A stretch of 37,653 nucleotides of DNA from Candidatus Aenigmatarchaeota archaeon (GTDB lineage: Archaea > Aenigmatarchaeota > Aenigmatarchaeia > GW2011-AR5). The stretch covers positions 1-37,653 of the forward strand of contig JBBSYB010000014.1 of assembly GCA_038045465.1 (NCBI GenBank), given 5' to 3'. The translations under genes were made by a program, and so were the position numbers. This document shows, piece by piece, positions 32,627-37,653 of the stretch (the first letter of the stretch is position 1; each line of letters opens with the position of its first letter). Under the pieces are notes generated by a model that was not told the DNA's origin, made no database searches, and saw only the letters and a list, made by a program, of their open reading frames with translations.

Positions 32627-33433
32627 ATGAAAAAAATCCAGATGAACCTGAAAATATTGAGTGTTATAACACTTAGCGTTGGCGGAGTCGCACTGCTGAT
32701 TAATTTTATTTTTCTTTCTGTATACCCGACAATTTACGCTTTTGTTAATGTTGGCGCTGCTGTGGTAATAATCGGATTGCCTCTCCTCTACAAATTCAAT
32801 AAGTTCAAAAAAATAAGACTGATAGAGGAATTATTTCCTAAGTATCTCAATGATATAGCATCGAACATAGCCGCAGGCATGACACTACCGCAGGCTATAC
32901 GCGCGACAGCTAACATAGAATACGGAGTGATGACTCCTTACGTGCGTGAAATAGCTTCCAAAGTTTCCTGGGGCATAACATTTGAGCGCATAATGAATGA
33001 TTTTGCGAAAAAGACTGGCAGCAAAGCAATGAAGAGAAACGTCCAGACCATAATAGAAACGCACCGATCCGGCGGCTCCATGGATACCATAATGCGGTCG
33101 GTTGCCCAATCTCTTGTGGAACTGGAGAAAATTAAAAAAGAAAGGTCTGCCTCGGTTTATGCACAGATGATAAACGGCTATCTTATTTTCTTCGTTTTCC
33201 TTGGCGTAATGATAGGACTTTCATCAGTACTGGTCCCGGCCTTCCAAATGAACGAGCAGCAGGAGGATCTCCGGGGCGTCTTCAGCGAGATTTTCCGCGC
33301 GCTCATAATTGTACAAGGGTTTTTCGCTGGCCTTTCCATTGGAAAGATGGCCGAGGGCTCTCTCATAGCAGGCATAAAACACTCCTTAGTGATGGTTGTA
33401 ATAGGTTACTCGGCTTTCCTGCTGTTCGGGTAA
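32627..33433 (+). CDS. type II secretion F-domain membrane protein (FlaJ/TadC-like, C-terminal half equivalent)
   Basis: 268-aa ORF starting 4 nt after the previous stop, with the same TM / helical-domain / TM layout. Confidence 0.55.
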   Translation: MKKIQMNLKILSVITLSVGGVALLINFIFLSVYPTIYAFVNVGAAVVIIGLPLLYKFNKFKKIRLIEELFPKYLNDIASNIAAGMTLPQAIRATANIEYGVMTPYVREIASKVSWGITFERIMNDFAKKTGSKAMKRNVQTIIETHRSGGSMDTIMRSVAQSLVELEKIKKERSASVYAQMINGYLIFFVFLGVMIGLSSVLVPAFQMNEQQEDLRGVFSEIFRALIIVQGFFAGLSIGKMAEGSLIAGIKHSLVMVVIGYSAFLLFG

Positions 33434-33475
33434 GCCCTTTTCTTTGGGAAAGAAAAGCGCTTGCGGAAAAGAAAC
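33434..33475. repeat. bipartite hairpin element, copy B (most complete)
   Basis: Begins at the base after TAA. 9-bp stem cttttcttt-ggg-aaagaaaag (33437-33457), mini-stem cgc-tt-gcg, tail gaaaagaaac. Confidence 0.65.
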
Positions 33476-33608
33476 ATATTATAAATATAAAAAGGGTCTC
33501 ACTGGTGTTCGGATAAAGTTTATATATTGGGAAAGTACAGCTATTATTGATGAACAAAGATGATAATCATCGATATGTCGCAATGATGATTACCATTAAT
33601 GAAGTGTT

Positions 33609-34526
33609 ATGATGACTACAGAAGAAAGGATAACAGACATCGTGGATAATTCCTCCTATGGTCTTACGGTGGAAGAGCTCTCTTTGAAAATGCGTATAAA
33701 CGAAAAAAGCACCCTGCTGTTTCTTGACAGGCTTGTCGCGGAAAAAAAAGTTAAGAAGACGCGGGCGGGCAGCATGTTTTTCTACAGGAAATTTATCATA
33801 ATTATACCTATTATGCTGGTCTTTCTCATGGGAACGGCCAGTGCTCAGGACATCAACAGCACAAACTTCAAGATTATCCCGGTCCTGGACAGCGCCGGCA
33901 CCCGCGCCCAGAGCACCACCTATGTGCTTTTTGGCAGCGTCGGCCAGATATCAAGCACTACAACTTCTGTGTCATTTAGTTTATGTTCCGGCTTCCTGTG
34001 CAATTTCCTCGAACTAATACTCCACGGAAAGATAACATTCCTGCTGGAGTTTAACATAAGTGGGAATGCCAATGACACGGCTTTTGTTGACAACTACACA
34101 CAAACTACACGGCAATACACAACGAGCGACCTCAATAATTATTATGCCTGCCTGCAGGACGTTAATTTGACCAGTAGCCCGACCTTTGGCATAATCTACG
34201 CAGGCTCGGCACTCAACTACATAAACATATCCTCAGGCAACTCATTTGTACTGAGGCTGTCGCAGGACATTCCAGGAAACAAGTTCATAATTCCTATAAC
34301 AAGCGGCAACTGCACTGTTTTCAATACTAGAACAGCGGAAATCGCGCAATATGGAACGCTGCTGCAGCCGTTTGTGCTGGCGAATGAGGCTATTAATGCC
34401 ATTGAACTGGCGCTGAGCTATCCTTCGGTGCAGATTGCAGGCAGCTTTGACAAGAGTGGCGCCTTTGGACTTATATTCGAGAAGAATGAGACGAATGAGA
34501 ATCAGATAATAGTGAAACCGGTGTAG
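33609..34526 (+). CDS. membrane-tethered winged-helix protein with sequon-rich extracellular domain
   Basis: The N-terminal 60 aa align by eye with the soluble wHTH at 35259..35441 (LTVEELS.K..I..ST....L..L...K.V......G..F). Then a single TM (FIIIIPIMLVFLMGTASA) and about 225 aa with many N-x-S/T sites. Confidence 0.55.
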   Translation: MMTTEERITDIVDNSSYGLTVEELSLKMRINEKSTLLFLDRLVAEKKVKKTRAGSMFFYRKFIIIIPIMLVFLMGTASAQDINSTNFKIIPVLDSAGTRAQSTTYVLFGSVGQISSTTTSVSFSLCSGFLCNFLELILHGKITFLLEFNISGNANDTAFVDNYTQTTRQYTTSDLNNYYACLQDVNLTSSPTFGIIYAGSALNYINISSGNSFVLRLSQDIPGNKFIIPITSGNCTVFNTRTAEIAQYGTLLQPFVLANEAINAIELALSYPSVQIAGSFDKSGAFGLIFEKNETNENQIIVKPV

Positions 34527-34530
34527 CAAT

Positions 34531-35262
34531 ATGAAGGGAGATTTAATCAGCGGAGTTGTGGCGATTATAATAGTCGTCAGCTCGACGATCCTTGTGCTCA
34601 ATACAATAAACCCTTTTGTTCAGGAGAGCCAGGATTTTCAGGCATTCAATGAGGCTGAGCAGACTTTGAAATCGATAGACGCGGCTATAAACCAGCTGTT
34701 TGTCGAGGCCCCTGGCGCCAGGCGCACGCTTGATGTAAATGTGCGCAGCGGAAGGCTTGTCGTGTCAGGAACTGAAAACAAAATAAAGATAAGACTGGAG
34801 AACACAAACCTTTTCAGCTCTGGCGTGCGCAGGCAGGAAGGTAACATACTCATATCTAGCGGCGCAGTCATGAATACCTATGAAAGTGATATAGACGGGG
34901 ACGGCAACACGGACCTTGTGCTGGAAAACGGCGTACTGATTTTTGCCATCAAGAAGATTGGCACGCCTTCGGTCCACGGCGTTGTCAACACTACAAACAT
35001 GATAGTTCTTATGCGCAACAAGGTCCTTGATTTAAATGTCAGCTATCCACGCAGCGGCATTTTTATCAATGACAAACAGAACAGCGCTTATGGCGTCGGC
35101 TATACAGAACTTACAAGGCTCGGCCAGAATATTGCTACCAGCTCTATTCATATTTATGTAAATGCCACTCAGGCCAATATGGCTTATGATGTTTCTTTCA
35201 CCCTTGGCGCTTCCCAGGATTTCATTGAGATGCAGGCCACACGAGTTGTAGGAGCTTCATGA
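34531..35262 (+). CDS. archaellin / archaeal type IV pilin-like protein (class III signal peptide)
   Basis: MKG|DLISGVVAIIIVVSSTILVLNTINPFVQ: short basic leader ending in Gly, a hydrophobic helix, and an L-x-N-T-x3-V-Q motif resembling the archaellin N-terminal domain. Confidence 0.5.
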   Translation: MKGDLISGVVAIIIVVSSTILVLNTINPFVQESQDFQAFNEAEQTLKSIDAAINQLFVEAPGARRTLDVNVRSGRLVVSGTENKIKIRLENTNLFSSGVRRQEGNILISSGAVMNTYESDIDGDGNTDLVLENGVLIFAIKKIGTPSVHGVVNTTNMIVLMRNKVLDLNVSYPRSGIFINDKQNSAYGVGYTELTRLGQNIATSSIHIYVNATQANMAYDVSFTLGASQDFIEMQATRVVGAS

Positions 35263-35441
35263 AAATGATAGAAGAGAATATACTCAAATGCCTCAAAAAA
35301 CAGGACATGACGATAGAAGAGGTTTCTAATAAGATTAACATAAGCCGCAGCACCGCATCAAAATACCTTCTGGTTCTAGAGACAAAAGGCTTTGTAAGAT
35401 GCCGCGAGATTGGAAGAGCAAAGCTTTTCTCTTTGAAGTAA
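35259..35441 (+). CDS. small winged-helix DNA-binding protein (60 aa)
   Basis: MTIEEVSNKINISRSTASKYLLVLETKGFV. 4-nt overlap with the preceding gene. Confidence 0.6.
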   Translation: MKMIEENILKCLKKQDMTIEEVSNKINISRSTASKYLLVLETKGFVRCREIGRAKLFSLK

Positions 35442-35473
35442 AATCAGAAACAGGAATCTTGCAAAATCCATGC

Positions 35474-37653
35474 TTAATGACTGAAGAATGAATTTACCTT
35501 TTCTTTTTTCTTGAAACTTTTCCGGAATTTGAAGATTACCAGCGCTGCAATGGCAATTCCTATTATTATGCTTACAGGCAGCGGATTTACCACGAGTAAC
35601 GTCTCAACGAGCTCTTTAATTGTGGACGTTTTTTCGGTTACGATTGTGTCAGGTGAATTCTTTCCCGGAACTGTTGTGCTGCTTGATGCACTTGTTGTGT
35701 TTGTTGTATTTGTTGTTCTTGTTCCTGTATTTGTTCCACCGCTGCCTGAAACTGAACTTGACAGGCATGTTGGAATTCCGGAGCGGCAGTCAACGCCTCC
35801 GGTGCTGCAGGTTGGTGCATAACAGTCCATCTGACACAGGCAATAATTTTCGTTTGACTGGCACACACCGTCACCGCAGGACAGCTGACCGAGATAGAAG
35901 TATCCCGCGTTGCCGAACGTGACAGAGTTTCCGTTTTCATCGGAAGCTGCCAGATCTATCTTATAAGCTCCAGTGCTTGTGGCGCGGATTGTTTTTGTCC
36001 AGTTTCCTGTTGTAAGAACAAGGTCTGCGCTTATGGTTGATCCCGGATTACTTATTGAAGCGGAGACGGACTTCACTGCGCTCCCCTGGTCTATAATATC
36101 TGCTTGTATTGACACGTTGGTCGGTGAGCTGGGATTAAGCGGAGTTATTTTCAGCGAACGGAACTCAGGCGGGTTTTTGTCAACAAATATTATTTTTGAT
36201 TTTGTTGTTGCATGGTCAAGCTTGTCGGTTGCTGCTATCGTGACATTGTACGGGCCGTCTGCCAGCGAACTAAAATCATACTGGCTTGTGCAATACAAAA
36301 TATCGCTTTGCTGCAGGCATGACATTAGTTTTGTTACTCCTAGGATGGTGTAGGAAACTTTCTGGCTGTCGCCATTCGGGTCATTTACCCTTACGTTTAT
36401 CGTTAGAGTGGCTTTTGTATAATTCGCGCTCTCTATTATTATTTCGGGGTTTGTGTTGTCTATGATAAGAGTTCCGGTGTCTTTTATGTCATAGCTAAGG
36501 ACGTTGCTTGCCGATGCTCTCAAGTCGTAAATTCCGTCAGCGAAAGTGTTTGTATTGAATGGATAGGTGCACTGCGTAAAACCAGAGTTGCAACTCATAG
36601 CAGTGCTCAGCGATTGGGATCTGTTCACGTCAAGCGTAACGGCCGTTATTATTCCACCCGGTCTTGTGATTGTTGCGGTAAATGTTATGTTGCCCTTTGC
36701 ATAATTCTTTGGCGTTAGTATCACGAATGGGCGGGAGTTGCGGAAGGTTACGGGCACAACGGAAGAATTGGAGTTGCCGGCGACGTCGTAGACGGTGAAT
36801 GTTATGCTGTAATCATTGTCGGCAAAGTTTTTTGTTTTCACGGTGCTACTGCAGACATTTCCAGAGCAGGCAAGTGGATAGGACTGATTTATGAAATATG
36901 TAACCCTTGTGGTATTCACACCGGAAAATTGGTCGCTGACATTAACGGAAAATATTTTATCATCATTCAATATACTGCCTGATGCTGGTGACGTCACTAA
37001 AAGCAACGGTATCTCATTGTCTATGCTGACATTCACTTCAGCCATGTTGTAGTTGCCCACGTTGTCAGCAGCGCGCACTTTTACGCTTATAATCTGGTTG
37101 TTTGCATAAGGATAGGTGTTGAGGTAGCCTGTCAGGTTTGCCATGGGCGACCATCCCGATCCAGTAGAGAATTGGATCGTTGAAAGGTTCACGCCGGAAA
37201 CTTCGTCAGTGGCGCTAATATTAAGCGTCGTATTTCCGAAAACATAGGTATAGTTCTTTGGATGAATAAATGTTATCTTGGGCGGGGTACGGTCTATCTT
37301 GAATCTCAGCGGGCTTGTCGGACTTCCCAAATTTCCGTAATCAGTATCCTTTGCCGTGAAATAGAAAAATTCCAGGGTATCGCTTCCTGCTATTGAAAAG
37401 GAAACGGATTTTGTGCAGATCCAATTGTCTGCGGCGTACTGGGTGCACTGCATGGTGTAGTTGTCCCAGGACTCGTTGTTCATGTACGCATCTTCTGATA
37501 TCAACGATAGCCATACGTTATTGGTATCTAGGCTAGTGCTGGTTATATTAACAAAGAAATAAACAGAGCCGCGGCCAAAGTAGCTGTTGTTTGCAGGAAG
37601 CGAGTCAAACATCAAAGGTGCTGCATTACCTACGGCAAAAAACACAAAGAATA
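35474..37653 (-). CDS. giant cell-surface protein with tandem Ig-like domains, Cys-rich module, Thr-rich stalk and C-terminal TM anchor (5' end outside window)
   Basis: Reading frame open to the window edge. Recurrent domain-boundary motifs IDRTPPKI, IDNEIPLL, IDNTNPEI, VDKNPPEF. CGDGVCQSNENYCLCQMDC module, TNTGTRTTNTTNTTS linker, and ...NPLPVSIIIGIAIAALVIFKFRKSFKKKEK tail. Confidence 0.65.
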   Translation of the reverse strand, partial: FFVFFAVGNAAPLMFDSLPANNSYFGRGSVYFFVNITSTSLDTNNVWLSLISEDAYMNNESWDNYTMQCTQYAADNWICTKSVSFSIAGSDTLEFFYFTAKDTDYGNLGSPTSPLRFKIDRTPPKITFIHPKNYTYVFGNTTLNISATDEVSGVNLSTIQFSTGSGWSPMANLTGYLNTYPYANNQIISVKVRAADNVGNYNMAEVNVSIDNEIPLLLVTSPASGSILNDDKIFSVNVSDQFSGVNTTRVTYFINQSYPLACSGNVCSSTVKTKNFADNDYSITFTVYDVAGNSNSSVVPVTFRNSRPFVILTPKNYAKGNITFTATITRPGGIITAVTLDVNRSQSLSTAMSCNSGFTQCTYPFNTNTFADGIYDLRASASNVLSYDIKDTGTLIIDNTNPEIIIESANYTKATLTINVRVNDPNGDSQKVSYTILGVTKLMSCLQQSDILYCTSQYDFSSLADGPYNVTIAATDKLDHATTKSKIIFVDKNPPEFRSLKITPLNPSSPTNVSIQADIIDQGSAVKSVSASISNPGSTISADLVLTTGNWTKTIRATSTGAYKIDLAASDENGNSVTFGNAGYFYLGQLSCGDGVCQSNENYCLCQMDCYAPTCSTGGVDCRSGIPTCLSSSVSGSGGTNTGTRTTNTTNTTSASSSTTVPGKNSPDTIVTEKTSTIKELVETLLVVNPLPVSIIIGIAIAALVIFKFRKSFKKKEKVNSFFSH

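Noticed and set aside
33545-33615. Possible C/D-box sRNA, because TGATGA-like boxes recur (ttgatgaac, caatgatgatt, ttatgatgac).
   Set aside because: No CTGA D or D' boxes at appropriate spacing and no terminal stem. The motifs are better explained as repeated or palindromic protein-binding sites in the leader and the start of the CDS.
1-37653. CRISPR array, rRNA genes, IS transposase, or integrase/recombinase.
   Set aside because: There are no regularly spaced direct repeats with unique spacers; the repeat families found are irregularly spaced and few. No rRNA-like conserved stretches were seen, and no ORF has DDE, tyrosine- or serine-recombinase motifs that I can recognise.

Overview
Compact, A+T-rich archaeal chromosomal segment. 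Archaeal markers are a histone, aIF5A, ribosomal protein S26e, GGGP synthase, Hel308 and TATA-like boxes about 25 nt upstream of many starts. The lineage cannot be fixed from sequence alone; the gene content and a two-intron tRNA are reminiscent of small-genome (DPANN-like) archaea. All family calls rest on motifs I recognise by eye, since no database search was possible. I call about 47 protein genes. They include isoprenoid/lipid genes (GGGP synthase, GGPP synthase, UppS, ICMT-like), an archaeosortase-family protein, a prepilin peptidase, three VapBC modules and a fourth unusual toxin-antitoxin pair. One tRNA-Pro(CGG) carries two introns. Most interesting features: (1) a rearranged, minimal archaellum-like type IV filament locus at 27.8-35.4 kb. 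It has a FlaI-family ATPase interrupted by a 503-aa LAGLIDADG intein, a FlaH/KaiC-like ATPase, FlaJ split into two ORFs, a membrane-tethered wHTH protein, one archaellin/pilin-like gene and a soluble wHTH. A giant Ig-repeat surface protein is convergent with it. (2) A family of short bipartite pyrimidine/purine hairpin elements sits just after stop codons and shares exact 16-22-mers between copies and with a tRNA intron. (3) A second repeat family, tRNA-5'-end-like when read on the minus strand, brackets accessory gene cassettes (GrpB, DUF4143 ATPase, TA modules) next to the tRNA gene. Smaller items are a homopolymer frameshift, a repeat-rich coiled-coil gene pair, a DUF3800 insertion between paralogs, a secreted-protein operon around GGPP synthase, and several perfect palindromes at promoters. 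No CRISPR array, rRNA, transposase or integrase was seen.
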